This document shows positions 10,360 to 23,225 of a stretch of DNA of 64,000 nucleotides, in pieces (the stretch's first letter is position 1; every line of letters begins with the position of its first letter). Under the pieces are notes generated by a model, which worked only from the letters and a program-made list of their open reading frames with translations, made no database searches and had not been told where the DNA came from. The stretch spans positions 1,736,001-1,800,000 of the forward strand of contig NC_079238.1 in the NCBI RefSeq assembly GCF_027921745.1. Reading direction: 5' to 3'. The position numbers and the translations under genes were made by a program. Source of the DNA: Schizosaccharomyces osmophilus (Eukaryota).

Positions 10360-12048
10360 ATGTCTTCCAAAGGAGCATCTGCCGCAAAGAGTTCTGGCAA
10401 TGTCTTTGCCTTGGATGGCTTATCTAATTACCAGAATCAGGCTGATTCTTTCGACTACCAAGAGTATCTTCCAGAAATGGAAACAGCTTACTCTTGTCCT
10501 CTTTCAACCGTAATGGAGCAGCCTGATTATTTTCGTCAAAAGCATAATCATCCTTTACCCACGAATTCCTTAACCACTTCTTTCCCTACTAGACTCACTG
10601 ATCATATCGACTATGCGCCTTACATGAACGTTCCAATTGCTTCCTCTCTCGATTCCTCTTCTTCTTCTTACTTGAATGTTCATACAGGTGGAATTTCGGA
10701 TTCCCACTCTTATACTTCTTCCTATGGTCCTTCCCTCTCTCCTCCTTCTTCGCCCTTTGATATAGGGATTCACACGTCGTTGGATCCCCCCTCTACGATC
10801 CTTGAAGAGAACGGCAACGACCTAGAATACCAAGAAAATTTGGCATCCGTTTGGAAAAATGGTTTGGCACACGAGGGTACTAACCCTTCTTTCCCCGAAG
10901 TTCCCATTAAAGAAGAGAACGAACATTTAGCTTATTATGACAATGAAGATTATTGTCCGCCAAATCAGCTTTACCATGAGCCGGATTTTTATGCTTCTAC
11001 TGCGTTTCCTAATCCAGAGACAATTGAACCTATTCAAGAGGCCTTGTCGAGTGATTTCGTCACATTGCCCTCTTCTCCTCCTCGTTTTGAAGAACCCTGT
11101 GATTCTGTCCGCCCTAGTAATTTGACGTTGCAAATCGCAGGTTATGAACCATCCCTCACGGACATTTCCACACCAAATACCCCCGCTAATATCTCTCCTG
11201 CCTCTCCGTTTGCAACATTAACCAAGGTAGAGCCGGCCTCACCTATGAAACCTTCTTTTGCATTTGAAACCCTACCTCAATTAAGGCCAAATAACAGAGC
11301 CCTTAACTCTCAGGTATCCCTCGCTGGCGAGGTCTTGCATTCTGAAAATCAAACTTTGTCTCCTACGAGTACTCTGCATTTGGATAATCGACAAAGTGGG
11401 TTTACAGACATCTTTCATGATAAACATTCTTCAATCCCCTTTTCCAAGGCTAATAAACCCTTGGAGAATCATGAACGTCGAGGACCATGGAAACATGAGC
11501 CCAATTGTTTTGTCCCTTCCGAGAATAACCACGATAACCCTTTCCACGCACTCCAACAACAGTTTTCAAATGCTTCTGAAGCATCACATTCCGTGAAGCA
11601 GGAGCCTTTGGATTCTCAAGGTATGCATCACGCATCACCATTGTTGACACCCAAACCTCGCACGAAAATTACTGAAAACAATGGCTGCAAAACCTCTCGA
11701 AAGCAAGGTTCAAGGATCTGCCGTATTCCTCCAGAAACCATGGCCAGCTTGTATCGTGGGCCAGAAGAAGATGGCAAGTTTGTCTGTCTATTCAATGGTT
11801 GCTGCAAACGAATTCGCCGAAAGTATAATATCGAATCTCATATTCAAACCCATCTTAGTGATCGTCCTTATCGTTGTGAAACCTGCAAAGCGGGCTTTGT
11901 TAGGCATCACGATTTGAAACGACACCTGCGTATCCATGAGAATGGACGACCATACATTTGTGAATGCAGCAAGCGATTCAATCGTCTGGACGCTCTGAAT
12001 CGCCATAGACAAAGAAATATTTGCATTGGAGGATTAGACCGCAGATGA
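10360..12048 (+). CDS. ace2: C2H2 zinc-finger transcription factor Ace2 (cell separation)
   Basis: C-terminal Swi5/Ace2-type fingers (CLFNGCCKRIRRKYNIESHIQTHLSDRPYRCETC..FVRHHDLKRH..RPYICECSKRFNRLDALNRH) and synteny. Confidence 0.93.
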   Translation: MSSKGASAAKSSGNVFALDGLSNYQNQADSFDYQEYLPEMETAYSCPLSTVMEQPDYFRQKHNHPLPTNSLTTSFPTRLTDHIDYAPYMNVPIASSLDSSSSSYLNVHTGGISDSHSYTSSYGPSLSPPSSPFDIGIHTSLDPPSTILEENGNDLEYQENLASVWKNGLAHEGTNPSFPEVPIKEENEHLAYYDNEDYCPPNQLYHEPDFYASTAFPNPETIEPIQEALSSDFVTLPSSPPRFEEPCDSVRPSNLTLQIAGYEPSLTDISTPNTPANISPASPFATLTKVEPASPMKPSFAFETLPQLRPNNRALNSQVSLAGEVLHSENQTLSPTSTLHLDNRQSGFTDIFHDKHSSIPFSKANKPLENHERRGPWKHEPNCFVPSENNHDNPFHALQQQFSNASEASHSVKQEPLDSQGMHHASPLLTPKPRTKITENNGCKTSRKQGSRICRIPPETMASLYRGPEEDGKFVCLFNGCCKRIRRKYNIESHIQTHLSDRPYRCETCKAGFVRHHDLKRHLRIHENGRPYICECSKRFNRLDALNRHRQRNICIGGLDRR

Positions 12049-12582
12049 AACTTTAAGGCCTTTAATATGTGTATAATGTGTGTGTTTTTATCTTTTTTAT
12101 GATGATTAATGTTTTGGAATTTGGTTTTTTTTTAATCTAATAATTATTAATTGATATTTTGTCTTATTTATATCCATCTATATAATTATCGTAATGGTTT
12201 TGTTGTTTACGAAGTAACTGATCAGGAATCTACCTTTCATACTACCAATGTTTTCTTTAGCTGTTGTTAATGATGTATTCTACAATATTCCATTGAAAAT
12301 ATTTCTTTTTCTTTTTGCCATACTGAATACGATTAACATGTTTTCGCTGAGCGCGTAGTAAACAAACGGTATGAAGGAAAGAACGAAAACATTGGAAACT
12401 TGGATTTTAATAGAATTATTTCTATAAACTATGGTACTTAGTAGCATTTTCATCAGACTGGCCAGTACGTTGAAATACCTAAAAGATACTTACTTTTCTT
12501 ACTGCTTCTTTGTTTGTTTACTATTTACGAAAAGCTTACATTCTCGTTAAATCAGGTTTGTAACCTAAGACTTTTCCCGCAG

Positions 12583-12608
12583 ACCCTACCCTAATGAAAA
12601 CAGTCACA
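12583..12608 (+). promoter_or_regulatory. Homol E plus Homol D ribosomal-protein gene promoter elements
   Basis: ACCCTACCCT at 12583-12592 and CAGTCACA at 12601-12608, about 70 bp upstream of the ubiquitin-S27a ATG. This is the canonical fission-yeast RP promoter pair. Confidence 0.9.
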
Positions 12609-12640
12609 TTATTATATTTTTCCAAACCACAACATTCTGA

Positions 12641-13135
<495 letters not shown>

Positions 13136-13535
13136 GTGTTGTAATAAATTTGGAATTATCCTTAAATGTTTACTCTGAGCTTTATTTTCTTGTAATTAGT
13201 AATGTATCAAGTAGTTGGTTTTATTTTTCAATTATGTATTTTTGATTGTTACCTGCTCAAGGTAGCATGAACGAGGTAGCATACAGTGAGTCATCAGAGC
13301 TATGTCTAGTTTTTCGTCTCCCATGTAGTAAAAGCAAAAGGCAGGGAACTGTTAATATTCATTTAAATAAAGCCTTGTTAAAACAGGTTATTAGTTGAGT
13401 TCAGTGTCAAAATATAATTATAGCATTGCTTCCAAGTCCAACAATCTCTCAGGTTGGGTCTATCGAGGTAGGCCGGTACTTTACAGATTATTTTCTGTTT
13501 GCACATACCTCTCATTGACTTACTCAATTTTGCTA

Positions 13536-14210
13536 ATGGGTCGTAGTAACGCAACTCGTGGAGGCACCCGTGGCGGTCAAGGCGAATTTCAGTGGGATCA
13601 GGTGAAAGGCGATAAACAAAAGGGAAACTATTTGGGCCAGTCTATTTATGCGGCCAGTGGTCGGTGGGCGCAGGGACGCGACTTAGAGTGGTGGTCGAAA
13701 GGCAGAACTACCCAAGCAGAATCCGATCCCAATAATGAAGATGCGTACAAAAAAGAGGTACTAGAAATTAAGCATAACGAGCAAATTATGATAGCTGAAG
13801 CTCTTGGCCTTCCTCCTCCGCCTCCTCTTGGATCTGTAAGTACCTCTCAAAAACCAGTAGCAACGAAAGACACCCGAGAGCAGCGTCCGGATTATCATCA
13901 TCAAAGAAGCTCTCATAAAAAAGAAGACCATTCGCATAGGAGGTTTCGATCTCGATCTCCATCCTCTGGTGCTCGATCTCATCGGAGCGAAAGACCCAGA
14001 AAGGATGATTATCATTATAGTCGACGTAGAGATCGTGGAACCAAACGTTATTCTACAACACCCGAGCGTCCTGATGAAGAAAAAGGCTATGATCAATATC
14101 GAGATTCCCGCCATCGACGCCAACAACATAGTGATGAATTCTCTCAACGGCATTATGAAAAAGATTACCATAATCGTTCACCTTCGCCTCCTAGGCGCAG
14201 GGATTATTGA
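13536..14210 (+). CDS. MMTAG2 (C1orf35)-like protein with RS/RD-rich tail
   Basis: N-terminal RGGTRGGQGEFQWDQVK.DK...YLGQS..A.SGRWAQGRDLEWW motif; first ATG at 13536. Confidence 0.85.
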   Translation: MGRSNATRGGTRGGQGEFQWDQVKGDKQKGNYLGQSIYAASGRWAQGRDLEWWSKGRTTQAESDPNNEDAYKKEVLEIKHNEQIMIAEALGLPPPPPLGSVSTSQKPVATKDTREQRPDYHHQRSSHKKEDHSHRRFRSRSPSSGARSHRSERPRKDDYHYSRRRDRGTKRYSTTPERPDEEKGYDQYRDSRHRRQQHSDEFSQRHYEKDYHNRSPSPPRRRDY

Positions 14211-14327
14211 ATTACAAGTATTTATAGCTAATTATATCTATGAACCACAATACAAATGCTTTACTAGTATGACCATTCTTGAAAAATATTATTATAAAAC
14301 ATAAACAGGCATCATAATTCTATCTCC

Positions 14328-16839
14328 TTAATACTTTTCTGACATAATATTCACAATAACTGTTGTCCAACCAGTAAAATCTTTAGTTCTTTGGCCAACA
14401 CCAGTAACGGAATCGTACTGCTCCCAGAAGATGCCTGTACGTTTCCAGTTGTCAAAGACGGTGTTCACAACGTTAAGACGAAGTTCTTCGTAAATAGACT
14501 TAGCCAATCCTTGACTAGGTCCAGGAACATGGATGTAATTCTGATAAAGACTGCTCAATATCAAATAATTCATATTCATCCAGACAGGGCCACGCCAGTA
14601 GTTTTCGTCCGTTCCAAAGTAAGGATCATTCAAACTCAAACTTCGAATACCGTAAGGAGACCACAACTCACTTTCATCTCTAATCATATTTAATATGGTT
14701 GTCAATTTTTCAGATTCAGCAGGCAAAAGACCCAACATCAATGGCAACAACGAAACATATCCCTTGTGACAAATATATCTAGGATCATCATATTGATCGA
14801 CACTAGCATCACAGTAAGCTTGAACTTCCTCATCCCAGTGAAGATCATCTAAGTTTCGAAGCATAGCATATTCATTCTTGGCTAACTTCTCGGCTTCCTC
14901 GCTTTCACCTAAGAATTCAGCAACAAAACGTAGACTCTTTGTGAAAGAAGTCATCCAGCTTAGCAAATCAACGTGTAGTTCAGCAACGCTAGGAGGCTGA
15001 GGTCTAGGATAGTCATCTAAACCACTAGCGAGACAATGCTGATACGTACGACCACGCCAGCGATAGCCTTCAACATTAGAGAACGATTCACGTTCCCACG
15101 TATCGAAATCACCATGTTGAGTCTTTCTGAACCATTCGTAATGGCGCAACATTAAGGGAAATAATTCCTGTAGAAATTGAATAGACATTTCAGGATTTGA
15201 AACCGAAACAGAGCGAAGGTAATCCAAATCTTCTAAAGAATAATCAGAACCTACATCATTAAAAGACTTCTTATGGTCCTGCTCTTTCAATTTTTCTATA
15301 TAAGCCTTCAAAGCCAAAATGAGAGTGGGAGGATTTGCGATATCGGGATATTGAGTTTGAAACTCATCAGGAACCTTGCTACGAGCTTCAGGTCCAAGAA
15401 TCTGTTCACGACCGACCCAACCTTCTTCATTAACGAGAGAAAACCAACTTTTCAAGATTTCCAAACTACATTGTTAGTTTAAATGTGAAAAAAGTTACTA
15501 CATACCTAAAATCATTATCCCAAAGACCAATTGGCAAAAGATGGAACCCTTCATCCCAGTAAAACCCTCGTGGAAAGTGAGATCTACTGGGAATAGCAGT
15601 AAGCAAATGGCGCTCCTTATCAAAGAAAGCAGTATTTTCAGATAGTTTTTCTTTAGCACTTTCGAAACCTTGCATAAACTCATAATCTTCATCATCAGGT
15701 TCGATAGGAGTTTTACTGACAACTGAATCTCCTTCGAAAAATCCAACGTTACCGAATAGGTTAGCAAAAGCAAACTCAGCAAAACGTTGGTACTCTGGAT
15801 TTTCGTCGTAGGGGTATTTCAATGGAAATACTTCTTGAAATTTGTTTGAAAAGTCTATGTGATTTTCTTCAATTGTCTTGGTAATCAGTTCCTCAGAAGC
15901 CACTTGGGTTTTGGCAGTATTAAAGACAATGTCAAACACAAATTCTCCCTTAAATACCTTTTGGATGAACTGAAGACCATCACCACCAGGAACGTTTGGT
16001 AAAAGCAATGCTTCATATGCAGGAGGTAAATCATCTAAAGTTTTCATATTGCCATGTTCACTCAATACTTTCATTTTTGTATCCAGCAAATAAAGAAGGA
16101 TTTCAGAAGTCTGCCATACTTCCTTAGAGTTGATTTGGAAGCCAGCATAATAATCCTTGTCCATGGTAGTACTCTCCAAGTCTTCCACCCTACTAGTACT
16201 AGGATGCTTGCCCATGCGGTTAAAAGTGTGAACACGGAATTTGCCCAAATCGGGTGTTTGGCCTTCCATGAAAACTTTCTTGGGAGATGTTGCTTTCAGC
16301 TCCAAGTTGCCTTCTCCGTTCACATAGGCGTAAAAAAATAGAGCCGTAGTCAAGTCCTCAGGGGCGCCAGGAAGAGGAGTACCATGAACACGCAAAGCCC
16401 AGTTTCCATCTGGTAACTTAACGAATTCGGTTACCATTTTTATACCCATAAGAAGATCCTCAATCACTTGTTGACCACCTCGGCGAACATCATAGGAAGT
16501 CCAACCGAAAGTGCCAATATCATCTCCGTGTTCTGCACGGTGACGAAGTTCTTAAATGTCTGTTAGTGTTTTGAAAGGATAATGCTTTCGTGCCAACATA
16601 CTTGAAAATCTGGCATAATCATCGACATTAGCCCACATCAATCCGCTCATTAGGGAATTTGGAACTTTTGGACGTATGCCTACATATAGATTTGGACGAT
16701 AAGGTCCCCATAACAAAGAGTCGTTTACTGCATTTTCAATTGCGTTGACGTTTGCGTGAGAAAGGAGCGCATTCCAGAGTAAAAACACAGTTCCAAGTAG
16801 GAACCATGAAGTTACTCTAAAGACAGGATTTAATACCAT
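14328..16839 (-). CDS. gls1: ER alpha-glucosidase I (GH63) Gls1/Cwh41; exons 16839-16602, 16550-15506, 15465-14328
   Basis: Signal peptide; motifs LLWGPYRPNLYVG, PSRSHFPRGFYWDEGFH, LASGLDDYPR, YWRGPVW and FTGWT. Two introns restore the frame. Confidence 0.95.
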
Positions 16840-17162
16840 CGCGTACTCTCACCAGAAGTATCGACGACAGATTTGTGCTTTGGAGTAGAATGCTGCTTTG
16901 CTACTATACTTATAAAGTTCTTCGATTTTCTGTGCTACGGTACGTTATTAAATTTGAAAGCAGTGAGAGTGACGAGCTAGTAGTAAGATGAATTTCACTT
17001 TTTAAAGAAAAGAAATGAAAAGCTATAGATGTCCTTTTAACATACTCAGTTTACAGTTGTATTCGAGAAAGGTGGTAGTTGTTATGTTGAGGAGCAAATC
17101 GACCTAAGCAGGATCAAAAAATCAGATTAGAAAGCCATTAATAATAATCAAAAAGTAATCAC

Positions 17163-18479
17163 CTAAGAACTCTTTGCAAGTTCAGAGTTAAGCTCAGATT
17201 TAACCGCATCCAAAAATTCGAAAGTATCGACGTATTCTTTGACATCAGGACTCAAAATACAAAGATCCTTTGTCATAATACCCTTTTGAACGCAATTGAC
17301 ACAAGCACGCTCAAGGGCATTGGAAAAGTTAACTAAGGGTTCGTTGTTATCCAAACGACCACGTTGAGCAAGACCGCGAGTCCAGGCAAAGATAGATGCA
17401 ATACTGTTTGTGGAAGTCTTCTTGCCTTGGAGGTGTTGCATATAATGACGCTGAACAGTGCCGTGAGCAGCCTCACTTTCAAAAGTACGGCCATTGGGGT
17501 GAATCAAGACAGAGGTCATAAGGCCCAAAGAGCCATAAGCTTGAGCAACGATATCGGACATAACATCACCATCATAGTTCTTGCAAGCCCAGACAAATCC
17601 ACCATTGGACTTGATAGCTTGGGCAACCATATCATCAATCAAGCGGTGTTGATACCATAAACCAAGTTTTTCAAACTCACCCTTGTAATCAGAATCATAG
17701 ATTTCTTGGAAGGTATCCTTGAATCTACCATCATATTGCTTCAGAATAGTATTCTTGGTAGAAAGGTACAAGGGCATCTTCTTTTGAAGGGCCATTTGGA
17801 ATGAACTGTGGGCAAATCCGCGGATAGAGTCATCAGTGTTGTACATAGACATTGCGACGCCAGGACCAGAAAACTCATAAACGTTGTGGGTTTGCTTAGC
17901 AGCCTCGTTGTTCTTTGGGGTAAAAGACATTTCCAATAAGCCTGGTCCAGAGGCAATCATATCGGTAGATTTGTATTGATCACCAAAGGCATGACGACCA
18001 ATGCAGATAGGATTTGTCCATCCCGGGATGTACTTGGGAATGTTGTTAATAAGAATGGGTTCACGGAATACAGTACCGTTCAAAATGTTTCGGATTGTAC
18101 CATTAGGAGATTTCCACATCTTCTTCAAGTTGTATTCCTTGACACGAGCTTCATCAGGAGTAATTGTAGCGCACTTCACACCAACATCGTGTTTAGTAAT
18201 AGCATTGGCGGCATCCACAGTGATTTTGTCACTAGTTTTGTCACGAGCCTCAATACCAAGGTCATAATAATCCAATTTAATGTTCATGTAAGGGAGAACA
18301 AGCTTCTCACGAATAATTTGCCAAATGACACGAGTCATTTCGTCACCATCCATTTCTACCATTGGGTTTTTAACATCAATCTTTTGAAATGGTTTAGAAG
18401 ACGCAAAGCGAACATTGCGATAAAGGCTTGCTGCCTTTCTAACCTGTTTAAAAGGCATATTTGGACGTACGGCAAACAT
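17163..18479 (-). CDS. idp1: Mitochondrial NADP-isocitrate dehydrogenase
   Basis: Motifs [30 protein letters not shown] and EAAHGTV. Basic presequence from ATG 18479. Confidence 0.96.
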   Translation of the reverse strand: MFAVRPNMPFKQVRKAASLYRNVRFASSKPFQKIDVKNPMVEMDGDEMTRVIWQIIREKLVLPYMNIKLDYYDLGIEARDKTSDKITVDAANAITKHDVGVKCATITPDEARVKEYNLKKMWKSPNGTIRNILNGTVFREPILINNIPKYIPGWTNPICIGRHAFGDQYKSTDMIASGPGLLEMSFTPKNNEAAKQTHNVYEFSGPGVAMSMYNTDDSIRGFAHSSFQMALQKKMPLYLSTKNTILKQYDGRFKDTFQEIYDSDYKGEFEKLGLWYQHRLIDDMVAQAIKSNGGFVWACKNYDGDVMSDIVAQAYGSLGLMTSVLIHPNGRTFESEAAHGTVQRHYMQHLQGKKTSTNSIASIFAWTRGLAQRGRLDNNEPLVNFSNALERACVNCVQKGIMTKDLCILSPDVKEYVDTFEFLDAVKSELNSELAKSS

Positions 18480-19061
18480 CCTATATACAACAAAAATCAA
18501 CTAGATAACTACAAAAATAAAGGCTATCAAACTCCCAGAACGTATAGCGTCTTTCAAAATTTGGTAGTTTACAGGTTACTATGCTCGCTCGTTAAGCATT
18601 ACTTCGGTCGATGGGAAGCATAAGATTGATTCAAGATAACCTAGGAAACTGATCTAATCAGATCAAGAATGTAAACAAAACGTAAAATGCGAAAAAGTTG
18701 AAAAACAATATTTAGTAACTAATGAAAGGATTATTGGCATTGATGGACAACTTTAGTTGAATTCAGTTGGCATTTCATAGTACTATGATTACCTGCATCT
18801 GGAATAACACCTAGAATTAACCTTGAAGTTATTAGCTTAATCTAATAATATTTACAATAAAATAGAAAAATAATAAAATAATATGACAAGCACATGAATG
18901 TCATAAACCGTACTTTTATTCCAAAGTGTAAATTATCTATGTTGACGCTGTTTTTTAAGGTCGAAATAAAGAAAGCGCTCCTTATATAGTTCCCTTTCTA
19001 TACCGGATAATCCAGTCAAGGATTTAGACAATCAATCAATTTTCATTATAAGGGTTATCTT

Positions 19062-21330
19062 CTATTCACTAATTTGACCATAAACAGATTCCAAATTGTT
19101 CTGGATTAGTTGAATCCAGTGAGGTATCCAAGGAACACTTTCGTATTCGGATTTCCGCTTGGGCAACTCCGTAAATAAAAGATTTAAAACTGTATCTTTT
19201 TCTTCCTTGGATTCCCTGATGAGTTCTTTTAAGTTTTCATTATCACTATTTACAGTTTCTAGTCGAGCATCCATCTTCTCTAAGGACATGTGCATTAAAA
19301 ACCATGTCCAACTCTTGGCCCAAATAGATGAATCCTTCTGATCTAGTAGCCATCGAAAAACAGACGTGATACTCACAATTGAGTAGTTGAGCATTTTGCT
19401 CAACCAAATGACTGCAGTACTTGGTTGTAATCTCCAGCATGAAAACAATACGTCGATTGTTTCCATTTCGGTTAATAATGATTCTCTAGAAAAATGCTTG
19501 ATAACATCCAAATGTTTTTCAAATGTATTCGAAGCGTGGGAAAGGGATTTCGAACCAAGACTATAAGCACATGCCATTAAGAACCTCACTCCGGAAATCT
19601 CAGAAGTTGGGTTTTCCTCAACAGACTTGAGAGCCGAAGATATCACTTCGATAGGTTTGTGTATCCTTAAATGGTTGGTTACCTCTTTAAAGTTTGCGTG
19701 CAGTGGATGTGATTCATCTTCATAAGGGATTTCAGGCTTTGGTGCTTCAGGTGCCATTAATTGATGCAACGGTTCCGGTAGAGAATCACGGATGCGTGAC
19801 CAATAGCTCAACTCTAGTTCCTTGGAAATCGTTTCTCTCATGAACACCTTTTTTGGGTGAAAATCTTCTAACTCTATGTTACTTACCCATTCCTGCCACT
19901 TCCAGAAAAAGTTAAAGTTACTTAGGTGGTGAGAAAACCAGTTGATGAATTTCTCAAAAGTTCCCATTGGGAGGTTTTCACTAATATTAAACACAAAACG
20001 AATAATCCTTCCGAATGTTGGCGCTAAAATTTTGGGAGCAACCCGGCAACACTCTGTAAGTAACGAGTGGTAATAGACGGGCTTGAAAGCAGACTTGCTT
20101 GTCAGTAGTTCCGAAAAAATTGCTTCTGTTATAATATCTTCTACTTTCCAACGAGACTCCTCTGCATCCAGCTTGGGAAGCTCGCCAATCGGAGTACCAC
20201 GTAAAGCAAACGTCTTGTAGGTAAAGTACACATCAAGATCCGTCAAAATTTGAGCCGCTTCCATACGGTTGTATTCAAGATGATTTATTATATCAACAGT
20301 AACGTCTCGAAAAACACTGGAAGCAATGTTAAGGGTTTCTGGTGTAGTGCGAATTTCAGAAGTATGGAATATTTCTACAAAGGGGCGGAAACTCGGCGAT
20401 TTCAACTGCTCTTCTGATACGGAAGTAGACCATTCAAATGATTTTGAGATCACAGGTGAAACTTTGGCTAAGTCTGACTCAAATGCTTCCCAAGGACGAG
20501 GTAAATAAGAAAATTGAAGCCCGTTGTCCTTCTCGAGAACGAGTTGGCGATATAAAAGATCCAATTCTTCCTCAGTATATTCTTCGGAATTAGAAAACGG
20601 GTTTCTTACTTGATGTAACAATGGCTTTCTTAATTCAACGTAAGATGCACATCGTTGAATCCAATCTTCAACTAAAGCTACTTTTTCAGGATGCTTAGAT
20701 GCGACGCAGTAATATGGAATATCAATCAAAACTATTTTCAATAGTTGATCTCCAAAAGTGGAAGGCGCCGTTTGCTCGCCTAGCCTGTCTAAAAATTTGG
20801 TGAAGATGGGTTCTACACCCTCCGATTCATAGATGCGACTAAGGCATATAAGCAAACGGAAAACAATTTTAGCCTGATAATAGTCGTATTGTTCTAAAGA
20901 AAACACCAATTTGGATTGCAAAATCTCCACACCACGTTCAGCCAAAAGAGGTGCTTTTAATGCAGCCCGCATCATCAGTGTTGCCAAATGCGCTACTTTA
21001 ATAGGAATAGAAAGAGCTCTGTAAACATTGTTAGAAAAAAGCACTTTATCTTCCATAAAGAAGGTACAAAACAACATACGTTTCAAGAATACAATTCAGA
21101 ATGGCAGACACACTCTCTTCTTCATGAGACTCACGACTCACAGACATAGCGACATAATTAATGTCTTCTGTAACGACAGGATTAACACGAGGATCTGCTA
21201 GAAATGTAATATCCTTTTTTATGCGATAACCAAGAAGTTCTTGAGGATTTGCCCTATTAGGGCGAAACCCAGTGTCAGATTCCTCTCTACCACGCTTCCT
21301 TGATCGTATGGGAGTACGATAGGAAGACAT
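19062..21330 (-). CDS. cbc1: Nuclear cap-binding complex large subunit (CBP80/Sto1); exons 21330-21080, 21018-19062
   Basis: N-terminal NLS (RKRGRE) and MIF4G-like motifs (YYHSLLTECCR.AP, WFSHHLSNFNFFWKWQEW, GSKSLSH). Confidence 0.92.
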
Positions 21331-21494
21331 TTTGTATGTTTCGACCGCGTTTGGAGTTTCGTAGGCAAGCAAGCAAAGATGCAACCTTTTTCGTGTCAGG
21401 TAACAATGAAACAACACAAGTACCATAAACGAAAGGCTGGGATTGTCAGAAAAACCAAAAAGAATAAATAAACTAGAAAAATGATATAATATCG

Positions 21495-22722
21495 TTAATC
21501 GTCAATTTCTATACTTTTAATTGTTCCCTCCAAAATCAATTCTGCCATCCAAAGACCAGTGGCAGGTCCTTGGGTTATGCCCCAGCTTGCATGTCCAGCG
21601 GCGATATAAATTCCAGAGCGTGAAGTCGTTAAAATAGGAATCCCAGTTACTCTGTTTTTCGGGAGAAAAGCACAAGTGCAATCAATTACTTCCGACTTTA
21701 CCTTCTCTGCTAGTAGCAGATCAAATGTTTCTTTTAAATCCATTAGATGCTGAGAATTGATTTGAATAGCCTCATTGCCTTTGGGCAGTGGAATGAATAA
21801 AGTGGATCCTGTAATGAATGCTTTGTTATTTGGAAGAAAATGCACTTCTACGCTTCTTTCTTGGAACTCTGGGTTCTGTAGATTCACATTGCAGATGGTT
21901 ACATACTCTTTAGATTCACAACCTTCCAAGTCTAACAGAAGCGACTGAGCAAATAAACATCCTATTCCGGAATAAGGAAGAATATAACCAGTCCAAGCAC
22001 CTGCGCTCACACAAACTTTATCGGCATCCAGTATAATGGTATCGCGTGTATCGTACCCTTTAGGTACATAATGTACGCTATTGTTTTTTACATCGGTTAC
22101 TTTTCCATAAATAATCTGGACTCCTCGCTCACTAATTTTTTCGAAAAAGAAATCACAAAATTTTTTGCCATTGAGGATCATAAACTCGTTTCTGTCTCCA
22201 AGTTTTGAGCCTATTCTCCAAGGTTAATATACACAACTTATTTTTCCAGAGACAATTGGAGAAGAAGTCCATCAGAAAATTACTTACATTTTTGAAGGTG
22301 TTCATCACTAAAATAATCAAACTGTTCCGGTAATTTTGAGACATGGTCATTGAATTTTGTAAAATTCATTAGCCAAGGCTCTACGTAACGGAATTCCCAT
22401 TTGTTTTTACCGTCATATAGGTCATTCAGCCGTTGATGCAACCTGACAGAAGCTTCCGTTAGAGGATGGAGAGCTTCGTTTTGCCATTGAGAAGTAATTA
22501 AAGCAGATGGAATCGAAGATGATCCGGATGCCACCTCATTCGATTCCACAATTATGATTTCCATCCTTCCTTCTTTATATAGCTCGTGTTCAGTCAAATA
22601 AAAGCTTGTACAAATTCCAATAATGCCACCTTTAGACTTCATGTTAAAAACAGTGTATAAGATCGCTTATAAACAAACATACATCCTACAATAATGCATT
22701 TCAGCTTCCCGTTGTCCTCCAT
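21495..22722 (-). CDS. FAD-dependent oxidoreductase, DAO family (Tda3-like); exons 22722-22683, 22629-22288, 22210-21495
   Basis: Splicing gives the Rossmann motif IIVGCGIIG. Also AGAWTG and C-terminal AAGHASWGITQGPATG. Which S. pombe paralogue it corresponds to is uncertain. Confidence 0.82.
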
Positions 22723-23225
22723 TCTTTTTTCAAAGTTTTTCTCTACTGTTCCTGGTACTGCCTATCCATTAATCCTCAAAAGGACAAATACTTGGTAATG
22801 TTATTGGTTGATTACTCTACACAACTTCTTGTCGTAGTATGACACTTTTACTTTCGATAATAACAATAATGAGAATCATCATGCGTACATTCATTTTATC
22901 AAGATTATTTCAACATGACAGCTCATATGCAATTTAAACGTCGTCAAGCATAACTCAATTGGTTTGGTTTATTTCTTTCATTGCAAAATTCCACCGCAGA
23001 ATAAATGTAAATTTTATATCTTTAATTTTAATTAAAACGTCGGTTTAGAATGCTGAAATTGCAAATTCATATTTAGTTCACCGACCATGCCTGTTTACCA
23101 ACGAACTCTAACAAATATTGTTTATAACATATAAGGTAATTTACAGAAACACACTAGATTCCTCTGCCAACAAAGAAACACCATATACGAACATTTGCTT
23201 TTCATCAATATCATCTGGCGATGCT

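Noticed and set aside
17976..18623. 215-aa ORF antisense to idp1, and similar shadow ORFs over ubi3, urg1, urg2 and gls1
   Set aside because: Antisense shadows of biased coding sequence with no recognisable motifs.
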